DNA of 64,000 nt, from the NCBI GenBank assembly GCA_013265495.1, contig MU060674.1:978901-1042900 (forward strand), given 5' to 3'. Below are positions 24,551 to 37,929 of this stretch, piece after piece. The notes under the pieces are model-generated. The model was not told the DNA's origin. It saw only the letters and a list, made by a program, of their open reading frames with translations, and made no database searches. Positions within the stretch are counted from its first letter, which is position 1. Every line of letters begins with the position of its first letter. The stretch is from Vicugna vicugna (Eukaryota). Made by a program: the position numbers and the translations under genes.

Positions 24551-25039
24551 CTGCTCTAGGTACCCAGTTTGGTCTCCTTGCCATTTTGTTCTAATGCCTA
24601 ATGAACACATTTTAGGAGTTCTAAGAGAAATCCTCCAAGGTTTTTTGCTTGTTTTTGTTTTTTTTTTTTGTTTGTTTTAATATTGTAGGCAATGAAGAAA
24701 ATGCAAGGAAACAGTAGATAAAACTCCAAAAATATGCACCGAAGAAGGGAAGTTGGGTAGGATTCAGAGGTATGGGTTTGCTTTCAGCAGTCCCTGACTC
24801 TCCTTGCAAAAAGTCCTTGCAACAATGGCTTTACCCTGCCCTTCTGTAGCTTCCTTTATCATACGAAACAAAGACGTAATAATAATCTCTACTCTACATT
24901 TACCATACGGTTTAGGATCAATTCAATGAGATTAGAATCCAGGACTGAGACTCAACAAATGTGAAATCACCAGCAAGGTTAAATAATTAACCGAGATGTT
25001 TGTCCTCTTGTTATGTTTTGTCCCAAGACCGCTGATAAT

Positions 25040-25700
25040 GAATCAACTATTCTGTTTTTCAATCAACCCTTCTGTTTTGCATGCCAGACAAAACACGAAG
25101 ATTCTAACCTCATGGACCTTATGATCTGGTAATCTCCAAGACATTATTTAATAGTCACAGGTGAAAATGGAAAATCACAGCAGAAATGAGCTCTCTAAAG
25201 AAAAAAGTGTGATACCACGGGATCATATCTTAGAGAGTTCTGTCTAGTTTGGGGGACAAGAGTAAAGCCTTTCGGAAGAAATGAGGATTAAGCTAACACA
25301 TTCAGAATTAGTCTAAGTAGATTGAGGAAGGTGAGAGGAGTTCTCTGTGAAAGGAGTCATCTTATGTAGATGTCCCACAGTGAGAGAGAAGCTAGGTAAA
25401 TCTTAGAAGAATGTTAAAAGGCCAGCAGAGCTCAAGTGTGTATGAATATATGGATGTGTGTGTGGTGGGGGAGGGTAGTGAGAGAGAGAGAGAGCGTTGT
25501 CAGGGCAAGAGGGAGATTGAGTGGCAGTCAGAAGCCAGAGTATGTAGGCATGTAGAGATTTGTAAGCCATTACAAATATACAAATATTTGGCAGTTTTCA
25601 TGTAAGTCTTTTATGAGTGGTGAGGCCATAACATTTCCATTTCAAAACATCCCTCTGGCTGTATTATGGAGACCAAATTGAAGTTCAAGAAGCAACAACA
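25040..25700 (-). mobile_element. L2 fragment
   Basis: CCTCATGGACCTTATGATCTGG and TTTCAAAACATCCCTCTGGCTG are antisense L2 motifs in purine-rich sequence. Confidence 0.55.
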
Positions 25701-26334
25701 TTGGGTGGAGATTGGCCATCAGGTAGACTGATAGTCTTTCTAACCAGAAGTTCTATTTCATACAAAATATGCTGTTTTTGACAGTGGTTTTTGACAATTA
25801 CAACAGAAATGCCTGCTGAATTCCTAGCTATCTTTTCTTTATGGATTTGATATCTGAAGAATCAGCTTGTTTGGCTTCACTCGGCTCCTGGTAATTTTAA
25901 ATGTCTCTTCAGAAAAATGGAGTAATTTTTTTCCATCACAATTTTGATCTAGAATAGCCCTGAAAGGATTTCAGGGTTTCTGTTTCAGACAACTTATCTA
26001 TAATAATTTTCACTCCTGCTCTTGTGCACAGTAGAAGAGCTTATAAAGTTCAACTGTCCTCACATGTTTAATCTTGAGCCCTCAAGAAGGACGCTGCAGG
26101 ATGCACAGTACGATTCACCTAGACCCGCAATTCTGCATTCTCTCTTCTGATTTCTGTATCAACTCATCAGTGTTACCTAATAAAAAAATGACTTGAAAAA
26201 TTTCCTTGCATTTGTGTAAACATATTTGATGCTTTGAGTAGATTTCAGAGAAAATGCTCATTTTAAATTTCAGGCCATATTTAAAGCATTTCAGGTGTGT
26301 GCCTTAGTGAACAGACAGAAGTAGTGAATGAACA

Positions 26335-26730
26335 TGGTCTACATGGCTCCAAAGGACCAGGACCCTCATTGGATCCCTAGCCCTGCCTCAGGAGGGTTTT
26401 ATTTATATCTGGCTCTCTTGCCTTTCTGAACTTTGTTTTCCACATTACTCCCAGCACCGATAAAAATCTTCCACCCAGACTGATTCTCTCATTTTTTCCC
26501 CCTAATGAGCTTTTATCCACATCTCTGAATCTGTGTTCTATTTGGTTTCACTCAAATGGCATCTCCTTTAAAAAAAAAAATCTGTCTTGACATCCCTTAC
26601 CCTCAAGATTACACTTCTCTTCTTTAGATTTCACTCTGTTCTGGCCAGAATGCCACCACTGTGCCAGTAACACTTTATTATATTAGTTTATCCATCTCCG
26701 TCTAGAAGATTTAAGCCCCCTGGAGCCATG
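26335..26730 (+). mobile_element. L2 fragment
   Basis: Pyrimidine-rich sequence with CTCAAATGGCATCTCCT and CTAGAAGATTTAAGCCCC, L2-like motifs. Confidence 0.45.
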
Positions 26731-26929
26731 ATCTCTCACTTATGTGATTTTTCGCTGCTCTGCGATATCTTGTCATGATTTAATATTAACTGCCTCTTCC
26801 TCTCCACTATACTTAACGTCATTAAGGGACCCCCTCATAGCCTGCTTCTCAATTCACACTTTCCTGACCACAGCAGCCTAAAATTGTTATCTGGTCACCG
26901 GCCATTTGTGAATTATACTGATAACTTAC

Positions 26930-27383
26930 TGGTTTATTTTAGCTCACAGGATTTTAGAAAGGATTCTTCCAGGTGCTCCATCTCTGATCCATGTGAGCCC
27001 AATCTATAGGGTCCACCTACTGAAATCGTCCTTCATTCTCATGTACGATGCTCAGTGATCCCTGTGTTCTTTCTCTCTCTGCATGTGATGTCTCATCTTC
27101 CAGAGCCCCTCCATCACAGCATGATGACCTCACAGAGTAGTACTTCTTCCATGGAATTTAGATTCCTCTGGAATGAATTCTCTGAAGACCTGGAGGGAAA
27201 CTGCAAAGCATTTTCTGACCTAACTCTGAAGTCATGCAGGGTAACATCTTCCTTATAACCCTGGTCCAAGCATCTCATAGGGAGTCCATATTCAAGGGGA
27301 AGAGAAATGCATAAGAGTATGGATACTCAAAGTCATGTTTGGTGTGGGTCGGGGGGAGACATCTTTGGAGCCCGGGTACCACA
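26930..27383 (-). mobile_element. MaLR LTR (old MLT1J/K/L-like)
   Basis: TTTATTTTAGCTCACAG, GGAAACTGCAAAGCATTTTCTGACCTAACTCTGAAGTCATGCAG and ATTCAAGGGGA motifs, ending ACCACA. Confidence 0.65.
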
Positions 27384-28207
27384 TCTGCATTCATTATTTG
27401 GCAGGGAATATACATTTACAGCCTCTCATTTCTAACCAGCCTGGCATTTGTGCGTGCCTTGTACTGTTCCATGAAGACCATGTTCAGGTTCTATCAAAAG
27501 AGTTCAACTATTTGTATATAGTTGAACTGAAGCCCAGGCTGTCTGGAAACACTATTTTCTACCAGGCTGATTACCGTTCATTGAATAAGTACACAGAAAG
27601 TCAACAGTAATCGCCAGGTTAGCTTAATCAAAGCTAGTGATCAATGGAGATGCTTTTTTTTTTTTCAGTCCAATTACTCACTTAATCCTGTATGGATGGT
27701 AAATGTGTTTAAGACAGATCTCACCTTTGTAACTTTGATTTTGACAGTAGCTATCATAGCACCATAACTATGGTCATGGAACTTCCTAGTTGAATAAACT
27801 GGTGAAGAAATAAATAAAATAGATATCTACACCTTTTCTGAAGATATAATCTAAAGAAATGGACTAATATATAAATATATACACATATACATACACATAT
27901 GCAGTATACATATGCAATATACATATATATAAGTTTGCCATATTGAAAATAATTGAAAACTCAGAACTCAAAACACATTGGGCAGTCATGTGAATGACAA
28001 GCTGTCATGAAGTAAGTAACCTTTTGCTTCCTTTTAAATGCCAGTTTCTGTGTTTCTCTCTCTGTCTATGTCACTCATTGATGCTAAGCATCTGGGGCAT
28101 GCTCAAAAATGGAAAAGGAAAAATAAATCAAGTAGTCCTTTGCCTGCCAAGTGCTAAAAATATTGTTTAGTTGCTGACTTTTTTTTTTTTTTCACGAATT
28201 GACTAGT

Positions 28208-28380
28208 TCAAGAGTTGGCAACATTTTCTTAAAGGGCCAGATAGATGGTAGTATTTTAGGCTTTGAGAGCCATGTTGTCTCTGTCACAGATACTGAGTTT
28301 GTAACTACAGTGCAGAAACAGCCATGGACAATAGATATGTAAATGAATAATTGTAGCTGTGTCAAATAGAACTTCACTCT
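28208..28380 (+). mobile_element. MER58-like hAT MITE
   Basis: GTTGGCAACATTTTCTTAAAGGGCCAGATAG...TATTTTAGGCTTTGAGAGCCAT...CAGCCATGGACAATA. Confidence 0.75.
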
Positions 28381-28632
28381 CTCTCTCTCCCTTTATATAC
28401 ATATATAATGTTTAATTTGTCCTTATTTTATCTGAAAAAAAAAACAAAAAAAACCAAGACATGTATTTTCATCCTAGTCAAGTTTGAAAAATCACAGATA
28501 GGATTCAGCCTGAAGCTGGACCACCTCCACCACCACCACCGCCATTACCTCCCAATGGTGGCCACTGTTCACCTTCAGCCATTGTTTTAGGGAAGGAATC
28601 CAAATATTGCCAGATTTTAAATTTTTCCAAAG

Positions 28633-29140
28633 TGTTACCAAGTCCAAACTTCCTCTGCTCACTGCATGACAGGCTAATAAATTGGGAGATGAAGTGTTCG
28701 GGCAAGGAATAATGACTTTATTGTAAAAGCCAACAGATGGAGAAGATGGGGGACCCATGTCCTGGAGAATCATCTTCCCCAAGTCAGAATTCAGGCTCCT
28801 TTAACACTGAAAAGGGGAGAGGGTGTGGTTGGTTGTTTCAAATTTTGTAGTATCAGAATCCCTTGTTTGCACAGCTGTTCATGTGTATCAGGTCATGATG
28901 TTCCTGTAAACCTCCAACAAGACAAATGTTATTCTCTGTCCTGCAACTTTTTATCTGTGTATGAATAGAAAAGTGTTACACCCTTAAAGGTCAGAGCCTT
29001 GAGGATGGGCTCTCCTGTCTATTTCAGGCTTTAGGCAATATTCTTTTACAAAAGGGGCAAAAGCAGCAGGACTGAGCCCAGGAGACAGAGCACAGGGTCA
29101 GAGCCAAAGGAACAGGTCTCATATGGAGTCAGGTAGCACA
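28633..29140 (-). mobile_element. ERV1-type solo LTR (MER41-like)
   Basis: TGTTACC...GCACA termini, near-TSD AAAG/GAAG, minus-strand AATAAA (GACTTTATT), and GATGTTCCTGTAAACCT / ATGGAGTCAG motifs. Confidence 0.75.
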
Positions 29141-29460
29141 GAAGGTAACCATAGATCTATATTTACACATGAAGTTCTCTGATTTCCAAATATTGGTGAC
29201 TATTTTGTAAAATTATTATTCTTATATTTTAACTAAAACCAATAAATGTCTTATTATTCTGACCCAATCCAAGTGCCAACAGTTATAGCTTATGCTTGAA
29301 AGGATGATGGAACTTGGCTGAAGGGCAGGGCTATGGAGGAAACCCATGTAGAGTGAGAACAGCAACAATAGCAAAGCATTTCCCAGCCTTTGAGCTGAGC
29401 TCAGCTCGGTGCAGTACAAGATCAGGCCAATTGCTTTTAGCGTTAAATTTATTTTACGTC

Positions 29461-30713
29461 TTGATGGACATTTAGGTTGTTTCCACTTCTTGGCTATTGT
29501 GAACAGTACCACAGTGGACACAGGAGTGCTATTATCTCTTCAAGATCTTAATTGTAATTCTCTCTCTACCTCACAAATGGGAGCGCTGGATCATATGCTA
29601 GTTCTATTCTTAATTTTTTGAGGAATGACTACACTGTTTTCCGTAGCGGCTATACCATTTGGCCTTCCTGCCAACAATGTGCAAGATTTCAGATTTCCCC
29701 ACAATCTCCCAAATACTTGTCTTTCACTTTTTTTTTTTTTTGTGATAGCCTTCCTGGTAAGTGTGAGGTAATGTCTCATTGTGCTTTTGATTTGCTGGTA
29801 TATACATATAATTAAATACAGTTCAGCCTAAAAAAAAAAAACAAATGGAAATTCTGCAATATTCAACAACATGGATGGAACTTGACATTACATTAGGGGA
29901 AGTGAACCCCTTCCAGTCACAGGAAGAGAAATACTGCATAGTCTGATACAGGAAACAGGGGGTGCAGGAGGACTGCTGAATCTCAGGGTCTGAGGAGTCC
30001 CTGGGACATGCCCCACCAAGAGAGGATCCTTGGCTTCACACAGGAAAGTATTCAAGAGCGAGCTGTAATTGAGCAAAGATAGAGTTATTCAGAGAGATAC
30101 ACACTCCATAGACAGAATGTTGGCTGTCTCAAAAGGCGAGAGAAAGACAGAGACAGAGTGAGCCCCAGGATGCGGGGTTGTTAGTTTTTATGGGCTCAGT
30201 AACTTCATATGCTAACATGTGGGAGGCTTATTCCAACTACTTTGGGGAAGGGCCTGGGAGTCCCAGGAACTGGGCCATCACCAAATTTCTGACCTTTTAT
30301 GGGCAGCTTTGAAACTGTCCTGGCACCTGCGGGAGTGCCATTTAGAGGCTAATATATTACAAAGGAAACACTGAAGCTTCACCATCCTGGTGCTAATTAC
30401 TGTGTCATTCTTTTAATGGTTGTGCCCTGTTCCCTTCCCTCCTGGCTCAGTTCCACTTATACGAGATATCTAAAGTAGTGAAATTCATAGAATCAAACAA
30501 CAGAGTGGTGGTTTCCAGAGGCTTGGGGTGGGAGAAATGGGAAGTCACCAATCAATGGGCGTAACGTTTCAGTTGAGCAAGAAGAATGGCGCCTAGAGAC
30601 CTGTACATTTTACCTAGTGCAATAGTCATGCACTGCATACATAAAAATGTAAGAGGGTAGATCTCATGTTGTTAAGTGCTTTATCACATTAATAGTTTTT
30701 TTAAACTTTTTTG
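29461..30713 (+). mobile_element. 5'-inverted L1 (L1MA/MB-like): antisense piece 29461-29795 plus sense 3' end 29796-30713, interrupted by an LTR
   Basis: Antisense GATGGACATTTAGGTTGTTTCCAC..., then sense TGGTATATACAT...CAACATGGATGGAACTTG...AGAGGGTAGATCTCATG; TSD AAATTTATTTTA at 29445-29456 and 30714-30725. Confidence 0.8.
29944..30449 (-). mobile_element. ERV1-type solo LTR nested in the L1
   Basis: TGA...TCA termini; it splits the L1 motif ACTGCAT(GA)TTCCACTTAT; contains GGATCCTTGGCTTCACACAGGAAAGTATTCAAGAGCGAG and a minus-strand TATA-like TTTTTATGGG. Confidence 0.75.
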
Positions 30714-32989
30714 AAATTTATTTTATCTCCTAATTGGTTCCGTGTCATAAGGCGTCTGGACCTTCTCAAAGCTCCCAGGTTTTTAAGACCTGAGCTCTAC
30801 ATGTCGGAGATTTGTTCTAAGGCAAACAATTGCTGGGCTGTTTCTTGTTAAAATGTCACTGTTTTCAGAGTTACAGTTCATCACACTCAAGCACCCTAGG
30901 AAACGATTGTCCACCACATGAACTCACAGACTCGAAGTAAAAATGTTTTCCTCTGACATAATAAACATCTCCTTGTGGAGCTGAAGATTAAAGGGAGACA
31001 TTTATTTTACTGGGCTATTGACTTTATTGTGGGTACCTGAAATTCCCAGGGTGGCTCACAATGGACGTGACAGTGATAGGTTTGCGTCCCTTTAAATATG
31101 TACCATTGTGAGTGCCAAGCTGCAAAGATAAATCTTCCAGAGGAATAATAGAGGACTTTCTGCTTTGGAAATGAATGGACCTCTGGATAGCTATTTCCCA
31201 GGCTTCACATCTCAGAGCAGTTTTTGTCTGCCCATCCCCTCCCCACGCACAGAGATTTGCCAAGGCTTCTGCTGTGATGGTGTCCATATCTTTCTGTCCC
31301 CGAGGGGTCCCGTTTTACCACCCAAGCTCAGGCATTCTGCACCACATTTGGCCATTATTCCATCAGCTCTTAAAATGGTCTCTGACTCAAAGCCTTCGAA
31401 TTCAATCATCTCTCCATATTCCCTAACATCGTATTTTCAAATTTTTCAGTTCCCATTTCACCTTCAATATCTTTAATAGACCTAATTAACAAAAATAAAA
31501 CAAAAACATTGAAAAAGGGAAAAAGAAAGGCAGCGGTATTCACAGCTGCCCTCCTGTGACACTTTATCCACATTTGTTCCTGAGATGTTTTACTACCTAC
31601 ATATTTCAAGCTTATAGCAAGAAATTGGTCTTTTAACTTTTTATCCTTAGACCCCTGGCTTGCTTTCTTTCTCTTCTCTGTTTGACCTTTATTCAGCACT
31701 TGCATCAAATCCATTCCTTAACTCCATGGAAGCTTTCCCTTTTCTTCCTCAGCCTATAAACTGATGCTTTAATTGTTCAGATTTGTTCACGTCTGAAGAG
31801 TTTTTTGTATGAATAAACAATCACACTGTGTGCATTGGGTTTAATGACCTTAGAAATCAATTTTATACCTAACATTCCTTTATGTATTGAACTGTTAACA
31901 ACATAATATTTATTCATCTGTTAATCATAATCCAAATATCTCACTGTACAAGTCATCAATCAAAATTAAACATTGAATTTTTGAACTTAAAAGATTATTA
32001 TAGATACATCTGATGAAACTTTTCTAAGCAAATTAATTAAAATACAATCTTACTACTTCGCTGAAACTTCAGTCGTGCGCCTACAGTTTAATTATAAAAT
32101 TTCCTAACTTCTGAGGTTCAAATTTTTTTCTTGTAATTTCTAGTTTCATTATTATTCTTACTTTTTTTTTGTTTTCAAGGTTACAGTAATCATAACCTGT
32201 GATCATTTCTATACCTTTTTAGAATTTCTATACTTTTTCTAGTATCGAAAGAAAAAGGAGTAAACAGTCAGATTAGCCCCAGTTCTGGATTTGGGGATGT
32301 GAATACGCTCATTCCTCTCAGCAGGAGACTTGGTGCACAGTAAGACATGGTTTGGAGTTGAACCACTGATCATTTATAATTAGGTCTTTTTTACACAAAG
32401 TACACTTTAGTCACACATTCCATATAGAATTTAATTCTTGAAGCTTGGAATTTTTACCACAATTCACTTACTAACCCATCGTGATGATATGGTATATGGT
32501 GGTATGTTAACTGATTTATTCATGTAATTGAAAATTCTAGAAAGCTTTGCCAGTCTGAAGAGTAGAATCTCATAGATGTCTCATCTACTAGGAAATGAGG
32601 ATTTAAATCTTCTTGGGGAACTCTCATTTGAGAAATGATTGGGAAATTCATTCTGGAACTCACTGTCAAACTTCTTGGTACACCATCATCCATGGTGATC
32701 GTCTGCTGTACCTTTTTCAACCTTCTTAATTTTTGTTTTTATTGATGCTGGTAGATTCTCGTCTTTACTGAGAAGAACTGACTCATTACAACTTATGATG
32801 TGCGTTTCTTTGTAATTGCACACACACCCACACACACACACATAACCCTGAAAGGAACAGAAGCATCACCACCACACTAGCATTCATTAAGTATTTGTTT
32901 TATATCTGTATAATGTACAACCACTTTTTATATTATAATTCCTTTTTATATACTCCATATTAAATTTACCATTTGCACATTATTATAGA

Positions 32990-33200
32990 CTCATGACATT
33001 TCATAAGTAGCTATGATTATTACTATCAGTTATGATTATTAATGATGCACAGATTGTCACAGCCCAGCCATTAGAACTTCCTTTGTCCTTTTAATGTTCT
33101 CCTGAGAGTCTTAAGCGTTTCCTTGGATTTTGGCAATAATAGGATATTTGATGGCCATCTAAAGATTTCAAGCTACACTCCAAAGATCCTTGCTTCCAGC
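32990..33200 (-). mobile_element. Ancient L1 3'UTR fragment (L1MC/ME-like)
   Basis: GATGCACAGATTGTCACAG...CTTCCTTTGTCCTTTTAATG...TTTCCTTGGATTTTGGCA resembles old L1 3'UTRs. Confidence 0.4.
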
Positions 33201-33434
33201 TGCACTATGACCTATAAATGGCCTTTGTAATATTAAAAAAAAAAAGGTACTGTTTCTTCCTGGTAAACACAGCTTCCCAACAAATCTGGCAGCCAGGTGC
33301 CCTTGTGTTGTGCACAAACCACATGCCTGTGCAGAGCAGCCCACCCTGCTCCCTGTCAGTGAAGACCAGTACTGAGATCATCCTAGTTCATTCACTGACA
33401 CACACAGATTGGACAATAGTGCCACTGTAGTTTT

Positions 33435-33890
33435 TATATCATGGTGGAAAACATGGGCTTTCTCTTTCTGGCTTATTTCATTTAGAATGACGGTCTCTAG
33501 ATCCATCCATGTTGCTGCAGATGGCATTATTTTATTCTTTTTTAATGGCTGAGTAGTATTCCATTGCAAAAATATGTATGTATACACATGACTGGGACAC
33601 TGTGCTGTACACCAGGAATTGACACATTGTAACTAATGGTACTTCAATTTAAAAAACAAAAACAAAAACAAAAAAACACACATGCTTGTTGACATCCTGG
33701 TTCTGCCACCAGCCATGTGACTTTGGGCAGCACAGAATCATGTCCACACTTTCAGTTTCTTCTGTGTATACTGGGGATAATTTTATCATCTACCTCAAGG
33801 CATTATGGTGAAAAATAGACAAGCCAACAAACATAAAGGTCCTAAAACAGTGCCTGGTACACCATACGTGCTCGAAGAGTGTTTTCTGCA
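33435..33890 (+). mobile_element. MIR interrupted by a young L1
   Basis: CATGGTGGAAAACATGGGCT head, then ATCCTGGTTCTGCCAC...TGTGACTTTGGGCA...TCAGTTTC...AACAGTGCCTGGTACAC. Confidence 0.7.
33459..33676 (+). mobile_element. 5'-inverted young L1: antisense ORF2-end piece plus sense 3' terminus with A-rich tail
   Basis: 33459-33566 antisense encodes WNTTQPLKKNKIMPSAATWMDLETVILNEISQKEK; 33568-33676 is the sense terminus ATGACTGGGACACTGTGCTGTACACCAGG plus an (AAAAAC)n tail. Confidence 0.85.
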
Positions 33891-35519
33891 TCTACATCAC
33901 TGCTGTTAGTGAGAGGACTGGAAAAGGGGGCTTCTCATTCGTGCCTGAAATTTACATGCCAATTTTCCCGTTTCCTCACATGCATCCATGCTCCATTCTT
34001 AACACATAAAAGTTGTTATTGCTGCCATAACTTTCTCCTGTGATGGCCATCAGGATATGAAGGACAAAAGAGCACGCCCCTATAAACAAAGAGAAATAAA
34101 ATTGGCCACGAGCGTCAAGCTAGGAAATTAACACACCGTGGACACAATCAGAGATGGGAAGGTCACCTCAAAGAGGCGCATAGGGAGTCTAAAATGTGTG
34201 TCCTCTTGCTTAACTTACTCTAAACAAGAAAAATGGAAGATACTAATATACTTGGACACATAAGTATTTCATTATTTCTGAAATACTTGTGAATAATAAC
34301 TGACCAATAAAAACAGGATTACAATTTAAGACATGAAATATGTCAACCTGCGTCAGTCCTGGGTCAGGATGCCTTCCCTCCTGTACACCCCAAACTGTTT
34401 GTTCTGATCCTTTTTGGAAAAATCTCTCCCATTTTATACTGCTTATAATCTCTCCTAGCTTCTGTTTGGAGCATTGGCTATATGCCAGTAACTTCACTTA
34501 GGGCTCAGATTTAATTCAGAAAAGAAAATGTATTTGCTCCGTATTTATTTCATTTTTCAAGATGAGGCAGTTAGGGGTTATAGCAGTTAATTGAACAGGG
34601 TCACTTTAAAGATCAGGTAAATGGTAAGACTGGGCTTAGCACGGGGCTCTGATTGGTTAAATGACTAGGGTTCTGCTCCTAGAAGCCTGCTCACAATTTG
34701 AGATCAATACTGCTGATGACTCAATTTTTCAATTGCTTTGACTAAAATATTGGAATAGGTGAGGCTGAAACCAAAGTACCCATTTTCGAACTTTTAAAAT
34801 GCAGGACTCACTGCTACTAACGGAGCTACATTATTTTCTTGATCTTTCTATGCCTCCATGTCTTTTATGGTAAAAAGAAGAAAAGAGCAGTATTGCCTTG
34901 TAGATGAAAAAATACATTTATGCAAAGTTCCTTTCAAATAGAAAGAACTCAGTTAGGGTTGACCGCTGTGATCATTATTACCATTGTCTGATTGTCCGCA
35001 CTTCCTCATGCAGGTAAGCTGAGAAACTCTCCCTGCAGATTTCATGTCAGACCAGCCCGGAGCCCGGAGCCCGGAGCCTGGACTGAGCCAGTGGCGTTTC
35101 CCCAGTGTTGTGGGTCCAGTCTTCTGTGCATCCTGCCTCCTTGCTTCTGAGAGTGGAGAGTCCATCCCTGAGATTTTAAAACCTCATTTTAGATGAGAAC
35201 CCTCCTGTGCTGCTTTCTCTACAACTTCAGGTACCATTTTCTCAGAAAGCCACACCCCATCTACTTTAACACGCTCCATTTCAGTCGCTGTTGGTGAGTG
35301 TTGCACCGGCCCTACCTGTAGCCTGGAGCCATCACCCCCTTACCTGTGGTGTCTGGAAGTCTCCTCTTGAAATATTTTTTCATCTATTGATGAGTCCCTA
35401 AAACGCCAAGTATACACGCCTGTGTTTATCAGTTCCACATGGTGTTTCAAATGCAAATATGCTTGAAGGAACATAAATGCACATACATATTCTCCCCAGG
35501 ACTTCCTTCCTTCCACAAA

Positions 35520-36210
35520 GATACACTGAGCCAAGTGCCAAGGTATTGAGAATGTGAAGTCAGTATCTGTGACCTCTGTGAGCACGGAGCAGAGCACTCC
35601 TAGTGACAAAGCAGAAAAAATAGTTATATATGTTGTAATACATTCCGTAAGTTAGCTACGCAAGGGCAAAGAAGAAAGGGACCAGCTCTGCTAGTAAGAA
35701 TGGCACAGCAGAGAAGGGGGAATCTCAGAGCACCCTCTGCTTGCATTGGGGATGGAAGGGTCATGGAATTTTGCCAGACAGCCAAGATGAGGGGAGTATT
35801 CTGTGCAGATCAAGGAACAAATGCAGAGCACAGAGGTGCGCAAGTTCAGCACTCCTTCTCCAGCAAGAAATCAACAAGAATGGCCAGGATATGAAATGTA
35901 AATGTGGGTGTGTGATGGGGAGGGGACGCGTATGTGCTGGAGGAAATGGGGAACCCAGAAAACCCGCCCACGGAAGTCTCTGTCATTCACGTGAAGGAGC
36001 TTGAAGTTGATCCTGAACGGTATGGAGAGTTAGTGATGGATGATAGGTAGAGCCCTCATGTGATAAAATCTATTTCTTAAAGGGTCCTGGAAGCAGGCTG
36101 AGTAATGTATCCCCTTTTCTTTATTTTTCTTAGAGCAAAGGGTTGTATTCTGGAGATAGCCACTGAGGAGGTGTTAAGTCCTGGAAGAAATGCCATGACA
36201 GCATCAACCA
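35520..36210 (-). mobile_element. L2 fragment
   Basis: Purine-rich sequence with GTGAAGGAGCTTGAAGTTGATCCTGAA and GGAACAAATGCAGAGCACAGAGG, antisense L2-like motifs. Confidence 0.55.
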
Positions 36211-37929
36211 CAGTGACCAAAATCTGGTCTCGGTTTCGGAATTATGAAGAAGAACTCTCAGTGAAATTGATGGGATAGACAAGAAATAGACATGCAATGC
36301 GCTAGGCTAGAAATGTATGTCAGTATATAATGCTGCTTTTTATAGGAGGGTATTCCCAGTTCTATCTTGTTTGGGCATGGAAACCTGGAGAGAATTCTTA
36401 GGAGAACAAATTTTGTTTAATTCCCAAATTAAGCAGCTTTGTTTACATCATTTATACCTCATTTCTGGTGACAATGGTCTCTCATCTTTACCGATAAATA
36501 AAAGGTCAACTATTCTGCTGGTTGCTTTGGTTTGTTTGGTTGATTTGCTGTTAAAAATGAAAACAGTAGAATCCTCACTTTCAAAAACTCAAGAGAAAAA
36601 CACTGGGACTTTGAAGTGAGAGAAATACATTTTATTGTCACATTCTTCATTTGTCCCTCTCATGAAACAATACTACCCAATAAATGACAATTCAGTCAGC
36701 AAATAGATTTTTAAAATATATTTTTAATCCTAAGGAGAATTAATATCTCTTTAGCTATTTTGAACACAGCTTAATAAGCGAATAAATTGCTTTCACACTC
36801 TCAGAGTGTATAATTAAGCACCGAAGACCATAGCATGAAGATTTAAATTATGCACAAAAGATTCCTGAAGCTGTTTACAAATGCATGCCCTGTTCTATGA
36901 TTCGGTTATGCAGTACCAGACTTGTTAATGCTTCTATTAATACAACTTGTACTTGACACAGGAAAGAAACTACCTTCCTTCTTTTTATAACAAAGCTTCT
37001 TGCAGAAGCTCTGTTTGGCCAACCCTCAAACCTGTGTCACCATGTTGTATCCATGAGGTAGCGTCCAACTGAAAGAAATCTCGGTTCAGGTATGTGCTCT
37101 GGGAATAGCCACGTAAGGGAGGAGAGCGTTGTAATCCTCAATATTGTGTTGATTACAGAACTCAGTTTGTTTCCCTCACTGGTTTACCTCGTAGGTTCCA
37201 GTCTTTGTTGCTTCCTAAGCAGCCCCTTGGCAACTCCCTCCTGAGTTCTGAATGGAAACATGGAGCTTAGACACAGTATTTGCAAAGGAAAATAGTACGT
37301 TTTTAATTATTTAGGTCGTTTCTAATTAGGAAAGAAGGAATGCATTATATGTAAGATCTCTCATTGAGTGCAAGTGTATAGTATGTTATTTTAAGGTAAA
37401 GTTTACCACCCAGAATCCTAAGATGTGGAAACAGAGCCCTCTTGTCTCTCGCTGGTTGAAGCCAAGAAAAGTGAAAAGGAAAGCACACTTCTTTGGAGGC
37501 ATCTTTCCAGAAGCTTGGTCCAGGCAGCTTCGAGGACGTTTGAACTTGCTTTTTGAAGGTGGGGAAAAGATGTATTTGTTTTGCTGTATGTTGGTCCAGA
37601 TTTTTAAGCAGACCATGGTAAGGAGAACACCGGGGGTTGGCTTTGTTGTTCAAGTAGCATGTTCTCATGTGTTGAGATGTTCACTCACCCTGGGTCTGCC
37701 CACCCACTTCTCTTTTCCTTTAAAAGGGCCAAGAAGGCTCCAAAATTCCTGTCTCCTTTAGAGAGACATGAAACAGTCACAGGTGCTAGACAACAATATA
37801 AGAGTTCTGTTCTTAAAATAAGAACAATAATGTAAAGTCAGCATGCTATTTGGTATTTCATGCAAATAATCATATTTTGCTTTATAATGTGAATGTGATT
37901 GGCTTCCCGCTGCTTCTAAGTCAAAATCC

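Noticed and set aside
35054..35078. (GCCCGGA)x3 mini tandem repeat
   Set aside because: Too short and isolated; no spacers or CRISPR-like structure.
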